Below, piece by piece: positions 51,421 through 62,550 of a stretch of DNA of 64,000 bases. Each line of letters opens with the position of its first letter. Position 1 is the stretch's first letter. The DNA is from Massalongia carnosa (taxonomy: Eukaryota). The notes below the pieces were generated by a model that searched no databases, was not told where the DNA came from, and saw only the letters and a program-made list of their open reading frames with translations. Location of the stretch: NCBI GenBank assembly GCA_965645245.1, contig OZ287082.1, positions 248,001 through 312,000 on the forward strand, given 5' to 3'. Position numbers and translations under genes: made by a program.

Positions 51421-51915
51421 AAAAAGTATATTGCTGGGCCTGAGCGCCCCATTGGTACAAATATCATCAAAGCGTCAGTTTCAACCGCGATTGAATTCTG
51501 GACACGCAAAAATACAAAATCCCTCGGACATCAAAGAGCTTAGTAATCTCATTGATCGAAGGCACAAAGACCTTTCTTTTTGGCAATTATGCCTCATTAA
51601 GGCACTAGGTGAGATTGTGCGGCAGTTGCCTCTTATTATTTAATCGGCCCAAGGCCGGTTAAATCAAATTGGAAGAACCCTGCGCTCAATTTCCTTTTGG
51701 TCAATTGGACCCTTGAAAAAGCCTGAGTTGAAATTCTCATCATGGCAAATAAGCATGTTAAGCAAACAGGTTTCTCTGTTGAGACATCAGAGTGGACACT
51801 GGCTAAGGAGGGACATTCTTTTCCTTGTCTATAAGAAAGGTCACAGATCCACAATCTTTCAGTCACTACTTATACGAGTTTCTCGCCTTGTTCAATTGCT
51901 CCCCATTCTCCCATT

Positions 51916-54900
51916 ATGTCTATCATAGATACGTCACATCTTTTGGAGAAGGCCGAAAGACATTCGGCATGTGCAAGCTATTCGAAGGGCATTCTGCTCA
52001 AGAATAACTGCGAAGGAGCCATTCTAGAGAATCAATCACAAATCACCGCTGAAACCATCAAGGAAGGTTTAATACAAGCAGGCTTCGACGCAAAAGGTCT
52101 TTCTGTCAGCATCTTGGTAAAAGAGCTGCGTGACGAGAAGAATAGACAGAAGGCCGAGATGACCAAGGCTATAGGAATTATTCACGGATTAGTTGCGGAG
52201 TGCCATTACAGCCTCATCGACAACAAGAATGCGGCAGAAATGTGGAAAATCCTGAAGGATAGATTCCAAGATATAGCACCAATGAGCATCAGCGACATCA
52301 TCCCGAAGGTTAGTTCTAAGAAGATGACTGACTTCGAGACCACCAGCCTATACTGTGCAGAGTACGAGAGCGCTTTAAACAAAATTAAAGGAATGCTGGA
52401 CGACAAGGCCAAAGTGGATGTGCATACCGTGGAGTTCATGCTTCAGGGAATGATGCTGGGTAACACCACAGACGTCTATTCCCCATTGATAGCCCAACTA
52501 CGACGAGATTGGACACACGAAACCACAAACCTGTCGGAAGCAATGAAGACCATTGTTGCTTATTCTGTTAACATGAAAAACACCAAGGCACTTCATATCA
52601 GCACACCTGACTCGAGAGGTCGAGCCCCATTTGGGACCTGCACCTTCTCTGAATGTGTCGAGAGAAAGAACACTCGTCATTGGCCAGATAACTGTTGGCA
52701 GAAGTTTCCACAGCTAAAAAGACATAGAAGTTCGCTCGAATCCGGAAGAGCAAAGAAACAAAAGACTAACTCGTCAGAAACGAAGGCGGACTTACCTCAT
52801 ACATCACCCAACATTCCAACGGTGAGTAGTTGACTCACACAGGTCATGGCCACAAGAGTGCAAAAAGTCATGACCATGACGAATCTGAACAAGAACTCGT
52901 GGTTATTGGACAGCGCTGCAGATATGCACGTATGCAACCACAGATACTCGTTCACTGACTATACGAGCTACTCCACTGATCTAGCAGGGTCAACGTCCAC
53001 AGGAACGTCGCCAGGAAGAGGAACCATTCATAAGACATTGATCTTGGAGGACGGCTTACTCTCGTCGATACTGATTCTTAACAATGTTCTCTACATTCCT
53101 CAATGTCCGGTGAACCTTGTAAGTTTGGGAATGCTGAATCAACAAGATATCTTCTATGACAATTCAAACTGGAGACTGTTCATGGGATCCACTGCAAAAG
53201 TCATAGGGCACGTACCGAGAGTTGACAACTTCATGCTACAGACCATTGACACCCCAGATATGAGGATGCATTTGAGCAAAGTGGACGAGGACACCTATCA
53301 AGGACTGGACGTCACTATCTGTCAAATATCTGTCAAATCAAAACTCACTACATGGCATGCAAGGCTTGGTCATCTCAACATTCCGACGTGTCAAAAATAT
53401 TTGAAAACGCTAGACATAACGTACGATGACGATATCAACCACGATTGGTTTTGCCATGCATGCGAAATGGGAAAAGCCAAAAAGATATACAACCGAACAC
53501 AGCAAGAGAGGGCCACAGAGCTCTTTCAAAAGATAAACTCTTACCTAGTGGGGCCAATCAAGCCAGCAGGACTTCTTGAAGAACTTTACTTCTTCACTTT
53601 CACCTGTGATGCTAGCAGATACACTCATGTCTATACCGGACACAAGAAGAGTGAATGGTTTGATCACTTGTTGACGTACTACAGCATGGCCCAAAACAAA
53701 TCTGGAAAGGCTAAACCCATAAGCAGTTTTCGCACTGACTTCGTTACGGAGCTTCGCAGTCACAAGTCAGACGTTTTGTTCCTGGAACAAGGCATAAGGT
53801 TTGAACCAGCTGCTCCATACTCTCAAGAGGAAAACGGAGTCGCGGAACGAATGGGCAGAACCATCATGGACATGACAAGATGCAGTGTCATTGCCGGGGA
53901 CATTCCCGACTACTTGTGGGCAGAAGTAGTTCTAGCCATGGTTCACACCAAGAATGTCAGACCAACCAACGCCTTGGCAGGTAAAACCCCGTATGAGATC
54001 TTCGAGAAGAAGTCACCTTAGCTGGATCACCTGAGAATTCTCGGATCCACAGTCTATGCGTTGATTCACGAAGAAGAGCGAAAAGGACTAAACAGCAAGG
54101 CTGCTAAATTTTCTCCGAGGGCTCAGAAAGGAATCCTGTGTGGATATGACGGAAGCACCATCTATCGCGTCTTTATGGAAAAAGACTACAAGGTCATCAG
54201 GGTCAAGGACTTACGGATTCATGAAGACGCCACATTCAAGGATGGGACCGATCTACCCACGTACGATTCCATAATGATTCAAAACGAGAAAGATACCACA
54301 CTCGAAATCAGTCTCACTCCTTCAAAAGACCAACCAGAGTTGAATTCCAAGATAAGTGAAATCCCTAAACGTGGACGAGGTAGACCCAGAAAACACGCCC
54401 ATGTCGCACAAGTGCTGAGTCTCCTGTCAAATGAGGCATTAAGTGAACCAGAACACATCCCCACACTGGCAGATAGAGACGAAGAAGACCCACTCATACT
54501 TCTGGCCAAAGAACTGGAAATAGAGGGAGCAGCATACCTGAACGACTACGATGCGTTGATTCAGTCAGACACAGCTGAGCCACAAACATATCATCAAGCA
54601 ATGAACTCCAAATACGCAAACAAATGGAGTCTGGCAATGGATGAGGAGATGAAAAGTCTGCTAGAGAACAACACCTGGGATACATTATCCACCGAGTCCA
54701 TGGAACCCGGACATATAGTCTTGAGTGGCAAATGGGTATTCAAGCTGAAACGGGACGTAAATGGAAAGATCGTTAGCTTTAAAGCCAGATGGGTTGTCAA
54801 AGGATATCTACAACAATACGGAGTAGATTTCGATCAAACCTTTGCATCTGTGGTCAAACCAATGACTTTTCGCTTGCTATTCGCGTTAGCTGCCCATCAC

Positions 54901-56165
54901 GATCTGGACATCGAGCAACTGGATATAATGACAGCTTATCTGAACGGTCTCATCGATCAACTCATCTATGTCCACATGCCGAAAGGATATGACACAGCTG
55001 GCATGGTGTGCAGGCTGAATAAAGCCCTGTACGGTTTGAAACAGTCTTCGCGTCTCTGGTATGAACGACTATCAGCTTTTTTATTGAGCAAATTAGGACT
55101 GGAGAAACTCCACGAAGATCATAGCATCTTCGTCACACCTCAAGGGATAAAAGGACCCATTGTTACCTCTTTCGTTGACGATTTGAACATCTTAGGTCCA
55201 AAGGGTTCCCCGATGATCACCGAAGTCAAGAAACAGCTCAAGCTAGCTTTCAAGATTGTAGACATGGGACCAATCAGCTACTATTTAGGCCTCAAAGTCG
55301 AACGAGATCGAGTCAACAAAACCATAAAGCTATCTCAACCAGCCTATATCGAGAAGGTATTGGAAAGATTTCATATGCAAACCGCAAAGACAACAAACAC
55401 TCCCATGCGAGAAGGCTGTCTCTCATCAATGAATCTCAGGCATCCGACAAGGACATAAAGCAATATCAAACCATGGTTGGATCCATCATGTTCGCAATGA
55501 TAGAAACCAGGCCAGACATAGCTTTCGCAACGTCCGTAGTCAGTCGCCATGCAAAGAATCCAGGCAAAACACATATGGAAGCGGCCAAACACATTCTCAG
55601 ATACCTTAGCGGTACCAAGAATAGAGGCATCACCTTCGGTGGGGGAGATTTATTTATACAAGGATATTCTGACTCTGACTGGGCCGGAGACAAAGAGCAG
55701 CGAAAATATACCTCGGGTTATGTGTTCATGCTGAACAATGGACCAATAAGCTGGTGTTCCAAAAGACAAACGACCGTCGCATTGCCATCAACCGAAGCAG
55801 AGTATATGGCACTCACCTTAGCAGCAAAGGAGGCTACATGGCTACGTTTACTGATGACTGAACTCGGATTGATGACTTCTGATGGCGGATCCCCGACAAT
55901 AAACGTGTTAAGAGGAGAAGGCACAATTGCATTGAAAGGCGACAACCAAAGCGCCATAGCACTGGCCAATAATCCCGTATTACACTCCAGGACCAAGCAT
56001 ATCGACATTCAGCACCACTTCATACGAAACGAGGTGCTAGAAGGAAGAATCGACCACACCTATGTTCCGACCGAAGACATGTTTGCAGATGGACTGACAA
56101 AACCCCTTACGCACGTCAAGTTCTTCTCCTTTATCAGACAGCTCAACATGGACAAACAGACATGA
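51916..56165 (+). pseudogene. gag-pol: Copia C gag (51916-52833) and pol (52834-56165, stop at 54021, frameshift near 55430)
   Basis: Protease WLLDSAADMHV, integrase WHARLGH..CHAC and ENGVAER, RT FVDDL, RNase H YSDSDWAG. Confidence 0.92.
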
Positions 56166-56459
56166 GAGGTTAAGAAGTTCAATCACGGTTGAATCTAGGA
56201 TGGAAACAAGTACTGGTAGGACTTGAGGGGGGTTGTTGAATATCCAATTCCTACCAGCACAATGAACACCTATCAGTTCAATGAACATAGCACCTACGGC
56301 TGCCCTAGATTAACAGATCATCTACGGAAACCGTAGTCGCCGCATTAGGCTTAGTCCTAAGATAAGATAAGATCATCTCGCTTAGAAGGGTGACCAGTAA
56401 TAGGAAAAGATTGCTGCATAGCAACTCTTCATCCTTAACATAACGGTCTTTATTATTAT

Positions 56460-59224
56460 GGGTGCGGATACGGGCACACCCTATTAGCTACCTTAACACC
56501 CTACTTTGCTACCTTCACACCCTACTTGGATACATTCACACCCCCGAAAAAGTAACCGCAAAAGGGAAAGTTTCCGCCCCTTTCCCTTTCCCAATTAGGG
56601 TAAGCGGCGCGAAATTTTGCCGCACCTGAAATTTCGCTGCATCTTTCGCAAAATTTCGTCGCATCTTGGAATTTCGCCGCAACCTTCTTTCTTACTCCTG
56701 CAGAATGTCATCTTCCGATGACACGTTCAATGGTTTTGATACCGAATCCAATTCTTCCGCTCCCAATCTCATCATCTTCGAAAGAGTCGCATCTGCCTCC
56801 CCTCCGCCAGCTTCTCCCCCTCCGCCAGCTTCTCCCCCTTCGTCAGCTTCAGCACCTCTTGCTGCTCTGGAAAAAGGACAATCCTTTGAGTCTTTGGAAG
56901 ACTTGATTCAACGAGTCAATGAGCATGCTGGCCCGCGCGGTTATGCAATTGTTCTCGCTCGTACGAAGAAGAATATGGATGGAAATACGCGCAAAGCTTG
57001 GTTGATTTGCGATCGAGGAGGCAGAGTGAGAGAACCTCGCGGACAAAGTCGTCGTCATACTGCCAGCAGAGCCATTGCTTGTCCCTTTTCAATGATTGCG
57101 ATTCGGGAAAAAGAGTCTGATATCTGGTTTTTGGAACTGGTCAAATCGGAACATAATCATGCCTCGAGTTTGGCAGGGGCTCATCCAGTGCATCGAAAGA
57201 TGGCTATTACCGCCGAGGTAAAAGATGAGATATCGCGTCAGCTAACTGTTCAGACTGCTCCATCGAAAGTGATTTCGAGTCTGCGCATACCTGATCTTAC
57301 CACCGGAATCAATTGGGACGATCCGGCCAATCCTCGAGTCGTCAATCCCATGATCAAACCTCGAGACATCTACAATCTCAAGACTCAACTTCGTCGCGAG
57401 GCTTTGGGACCGTTGACTCCCATACAGGCATTGATTCGAGAGCTTGATCAGAGCGACGATTGGTTGTATCAAATGCAAAAGAATGAGGAGGATCGCAATC
57501 AGATAACTCATTTATTCTTTGTAAAAGGAAGTTCCCGAACTTTTTTAAAGTCTAACTATGAGGTTCTGATCATGGATTGCACTTATAAAACCAATCGCTA
57601 CAAAATGCCTCTTCTGATCATCAGCGGTCAAACCGCATTGCATACCAATTTCTATGTGGCTTTTTGCTTCATGGCCAGTGAGACAAAATTTGCCTAGACC
57701 TGGGTTTTGAGGCAAGTCAAAGCTCTATATTTGCAAATGGAGCTTCCAGATCCGACCGTCATTGTCACCGACATGGAAAGAAGTCTGATGCTTGCTCTTC
57801 GTGCGCAATTTCCTCGTACCAATCATCTGCTTTGCATTTGGCATATCAATAAGAATGTCGTCGCCAATTGCAAAAGACAATTCAGCAAGGAAGAATGGGA
57901 CACCTTCTTTGCGGAATGGAAAGCGATAACTTACGCCTCATCGGAAGTCATACTATGGGAGCTCTGGGGTCAGTTTTCGATCAAATACAAGGACTATGAG
58001 GTAGTGGAATATCTGGCTACCACCTACATTACTCATGTTCAGCATTTCGTAAGATGCTTTACCAATCGAGTACTGCATTTTGACACCACCACTACTTCTC
58101 GAGGTGAGGGAGGGCATGCAGTGATCAAACGTCAATTAGGAACGTCGACCGGAGATCTGAAAACGGTGGTGGACGGAATCAGTCTTTTATTGATGAACGA
58201 GTATCATAACTATTGGATCAAATTGAATGAGGACAAAACGCGATATCCGCTAGATCTTCGGAAATCAATTTTTCAGCAAATATCTCCATTCATCAGTACT
58301 AAGGCAATCAGAAGAAATAATTCTCAGTACGATTTACTGACCGGGAGACCGACGGCTCTGCCAGCATGTACGAATTCTTTTACAACCAGCACCGGACTGC
58401 CTTGCAGTCATAGAATTCAGGAATGATTGTATGGCGAAGGAAGTTTATTGCTGGAAGACGTTCATCCACATTGGAGATTTGAAAGAAACGCTCCCGCCAA
58501 TGATTTCAATCTGCTGATAGTGGAAGAACCAGGCATTATTCGACCTCGTGGACGACCTTCGGGAGCGGAAAACAGAAGAACTCAAGCTTTCAATGCCTCT
58601 ACGGGTCGACAACCTTCTCAATTCGAGCGAGTTATTATGGAGACGGCAGAAGATGAAGAGGTGCCAGCGGATGTGGAACGGGTCATTCGTCGGGCGGATC
58701 CAGCCCCGACAAGGGCGCGAGGCAGAAGAGCTCGAGCTGATCAAGCTGATCGAGGTGGTGGAGATGCGCGGGGGACGCGGGGGACGCAGGATGCGCAGGA
58801 GACTCGAGGGACTCGAGGTGCGCGAGGGATTCGAAGAAGTGCTCGGAATGCGCGAGAGAATCAGGGAGGTGAGGGAGATGTCAGAGATGGAGACGGCGAA
58901 AATGAGGGTTGAATGAAGCAGCGATAGATCAGGCAGGAAATGAGGTAGCTAGTCTGCTTTAAGTTTAGTAGCTTGAAATCAAGGTGCGAATGGCCAACAT
59001 GGTGCCAATCGACTCCGATTCCTGAGGTTCGAAAACATGGAATTTCTTCCTTCCCCATCTCAGGCGACAGAATTTCGCACCGCTTACCCTACTCGGGAAA
59101 GGGGGGGCGGAAACTTTTCCTTTTGCGGTTACTTTTTCGGGGGTGTGAATTTATCAAAGTAGGGTGTGAAGGTAGCAAAGTAGGGTGTTAAGGTAGCTAA
59201 TAGGGTGTGCCCGTATCCCGATGC
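56460..59224 (+). mobile_element. Mutator/MULE family 2, full length, inserted in the Copia C 3' LTR
   Basis: TIRs over 110 bp (GGATACGGGCACACCCTATTAGCTACC...). 9-bp TSD TATTATTAT at 56451-56459 and 59225-59233. Confidence 0.93.
56705..58912 (+). pseudogene. MULE transposase (FAR1-like DBD + MULE DDE) with two in-frame stops
   Basis: CDRGG..CPF..HNH, IMDCTYKTNRY, IVTDME, LLCIWH, TSRGEGGH, GLPCSH. Three same-frame ORFs separated by TAG 57695-57697 and TGA 58424-58426. Confidence 0.92.
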
Positions 59225-59367
59225 TATTATTATATAGCTATATAACAATACAGTGCACCCTGGCTATAACGATCTTGGTTATAACGGTAATCTGGTTATA
59301 GCGATTTGACCTTGTGGAAGCGATTATTTTGTTAGACAATTAACGATAACTTATTTGTTCCGATATC

Positions 59368-59475
59368 GTTAGCATACTTAGTCCGCAGACCAAGCTCTAT
59401 TCTACTATAACTGGGACTCCTGCTATGTTCGCTGTAGGTCCTGCCGTCCGCACCACGCTTGGTCGAACCGTTACA
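59368..59475 (+). mobile_element. Probable short solo LTR (108 bp) inside the pogo element
   Basis: GTTAGC...GTTACA flanked by ATATC on both sides. Shares 26 bp with the Copia D LTR. The first T of the canonical TG is missing. Confidence 0.55.
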
Positions 59476-60486
59476 ATATCAGCCAGTAATGGCCTCAGGG
59501 CCTCCATTTCATCTCCTCCACTTCGTAAAAAACGTCGCGCTATCACCGATGCGGAGCGAAAAGCTCTTTGTGATTACTATTTTGATGAATCAAATGGTAG
59601 ACCTCCCCATATGCAACTTCGTCAGTGGTTCGAGCAGCAGTTTCATCATTTTCCCTCTCAATCGACCATATTCGAGTCACTTTCTTCCACTTTCGCTCAC
59701 TTGGACAATAAGGTGCAACGTTTAGAGGTCAGAAAAAACCGTGCAGCACAATGGCCAGATCTCGAAGACGTTTTATTCGAGTGGCAGCAACGAATGATGC
59801 GAAAAGAAGCTACAATAACAGGAGAAATTCTTAAAGAGATAGCCGCTATCTTTTGGAGTAAGCTTCCTCAATATGCTGACGAAGAACAACCCAAATTCTC
59901 TACTGGCTGGCTAGATGGCTTCAAAAATCGACATCAGATCAGTAAATAAAGAAGACATGGCGAGGTCGGTGCCGTTGATAATATAGTCGTAGAGACTGAG
60001 CTGAAGAATATACGTGAGCATCTCAAAGAATATGATAATCGCGATATTTTCAATATGGATAAGACAGGTCTTTTTTAGAAGATGAGCCCGGATGATACGC
60101 TTGCCACTCAGCAAACACCTGGAGGTTAACACGAAAAAGCCAGAATATCTGTCAATTTCGCTACAAATCTGACCGGCACGGATAAACTTCCTCCATAGTT
60201 CATTGGAAAAGCCGCAAATCCTCGCTGTTTTAGACGATCTGGCATTAACATCCACAATTTCCGAATAGCCTGGCGTTTCAATCAAAAGGCCTGGATGACT
60301 GGACGAATTTTCAAAGAATATTTGCGTTGGTTTGATAATCGAACGACTGGACGCAAGGTAATTCTTTTGATAGATAGATTTTCAGCTCATAAAGCAGGTG
60401 ATTCAGCTATAACGCGATTTGATGAATCATTCACTCACTGAGTTAACAGGAATCGATTTATTGTATAAAGAATTTTCCGCTGGCCT

Positions 60487-60976
60487 TGTCATGGAATTAC
60501 CTCGCACCCTCCCACGTTTCCTGATCGGGTTAGTATTTAACAGGCTCTCTTGCCGTGAAACCTGCACTGCATGTTGAATAGAACCGTGGCCCGTTATTCC
60601 GAACTATCCTGAAACCTCGCCCCATGTGTTCAGACGTTCTTCCGCTGCCTTCAGTGCACTCCCAAACTCCTATATCCCGAATCCAATCTCAACGTCTCCA
60701 CTATCTAAGCCTACGACTGGGATTGCCCAGCAGAGAGAGATTGCTTCGGCATGGAGAAAGGCGGAACAGGTCAAAGCGATCATGGTTAGGAAATTAGAAC
60801 AGGAACAGAGATGAGGGCAAGTCAAGAATAGGGGAGTTGGAAGCCATGGCTATAAAACCTATGTGGTTTCTCAGGTGTTTGGAGCTCTTCGTCGGACGTC
60901 TTGTACACTATCCCTAGACCTAGCTTTCTTAATAGTAACTCTTGTATATCTCCCTATCTGGACCTTGTCCGTGACA
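60487..60976 (+). mobile_element. Solo LTR (490 bp) inside the pogo transposase
   Basis: TGTCATGGA...TCCGTGACA flanked by GGCCT at 60482-60486 and 60977-60981. The transposase resumes GLTNTKILFLPANAT. Confidence 0.9.
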
Positions 60977-62550
60977 GGCCTTACAAACACGAAAATTCTT
61001 TTCCTTCCTGCGAATGCAACCTCTCTATATCAACCTCTCGATCAAGGCATTATTCATGCCTGGAAGGCTCATTATCGAAGAAGATAGCTGCGTTAAATTA
61101 ATTCTTAATACGAAAAAGACATTGATCCCACTAAAACAATGAATGTTTTACAAGCTATTCGTTGGGGAGTTGACGCATTGGAGCAGGACGTTACTGAGAC
61201 AACAATCAATAATTGCTGGGTGAAATCTCGGGTATTGAGTGCTAAATATGGTCCAATGAACAGAGAGGAGGCGGAGAATATGGGCTGGCATCAAGAGGTG
61301 AAGGAGGAGAATTCTTCATATGACGCTGTCATTTCGAGTATGGCTCACCAAATGCATCATCTGGTTCATCAGGATAGAATCGCAAAGGCGATATCTATTA
61401 CTCAGTTTTTAAATCCACAAGAGGAGGATGTTTATGACACCGAGGAAGTCTTGATCGACGACATCGTCAATTCGTACAGCAGAGAGGAAAGAGCTTATGA
61501 GACCAATAAGGAGGATATAATCATGTCTCGAAGTCGTCATAATAAGGTTATTTTGGCTCTACAAACTCTTCGTTTGTATGGAGAATAGCAGGATGAAGGT
61601 GATAGTGAGCTCATTTCACGTATAAATCGACAAGAAAGGGTTATCAGAAAAAGGACCAAGCAGGGGCTTAAACAAACCACAATTGATAGCTATTTTACAT
61701 AGTAAATAGGGGGAATTCAAGCTTTCTTTGGGTATAACGATATTCTCCTTATAACGATTTGACGTAATAGAAAATCAAAATCGTTATAGCCAGGATGTAC
61801 TATAGTCATATACCTATTTCAACACTATAGCCCTACCTCGATTAGGCCACGTTCGTCAAACTAATTACTATTACATGATTGGATCGGTTGAGACTATCGC
61901 ATAGCTGTCTTCCCGTGCACCCCCTGCAGACGTATGCCACCGCTTTATGTCTTGTAGGAAGCTATCCTAAAAAATGCTTGAAAATCAGAACGAAATTTGT
62001 TTTTGTATCAAGATAAGATGAACGATAATGCAGTAAAATTCAGATTGAAATCTGCTTTTGAATTAAAGTAAGATGAATATTAATACAAAAAAAGTCAGAC
62101 TGAAATCTGTCTCAGAATTAACGTCATCCTCTGAAATGTCTTAAAATCTTCGAATAAAAAGTCTGTCAAGTGTTTAAAATCTTTAAAAATTGTCTTTGAT
62201 ACATGCAATCTGACAAAAGATCTTTTGAGAATTTTGCCTATGAGGCACGAAGGCCAGCAGGACTTTAAAGTTTTTCTATGGGGCACGTAGACCAGCAGGA
62301 CTTTGTAGTTTGCCAATGAGACATAATAAATCCGAATCTTTACAACTATTTCTCATGATTATCAATATGAGAAGTCTTGAATAATGTTATGCATGAGATA
62401 ATATTTCATGATATAGATACGATGTTTAATTTTGCATAAAGATAATATCATACTGTTATTGAAAGAGAATTAAAGTCCATTCTGCAGCACACGTTTCGCA
62501 AACCTACTTTAATTCTCATCCCCAAATCGTCATATTCTTCAACTATCGTT

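Larger units (their letters stand above)
59251..61802 (+). mobile_element. pogo/Tigger-like (CENP-B HTH + DDE_1) transposon, degenerate, in the Copia C 3' LTR
   Basis: TIR CAGTGCACCCTGGCTATAACGA / TCGTTATAGCCAGGATGTACTA with TA flanks. WPDLEDVLFEW, FSTGWLDGFK, FNMDKTGL and YQPLDQGII. Many TAG/TAA stops. Confidence 0.9.
40903..61824 (+). mobile_element. Ty1/Copia element C, host of the nested cluster; 5' LTR 40903-40946 + 50543-50770, internal 50771-56233, 3' LTR 56234-56459 + 59234-59250 + 61805-61824
   Basis: LTR TGTTGAATATCC...CCTATTT(T/C)AACA reassembles once the nested elements are removed. PBS GGTTTTGAGCCC at 50771. PPT GAGGGGGG before 56234. The flanks do not form a TSD. Confidence 0.88.
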
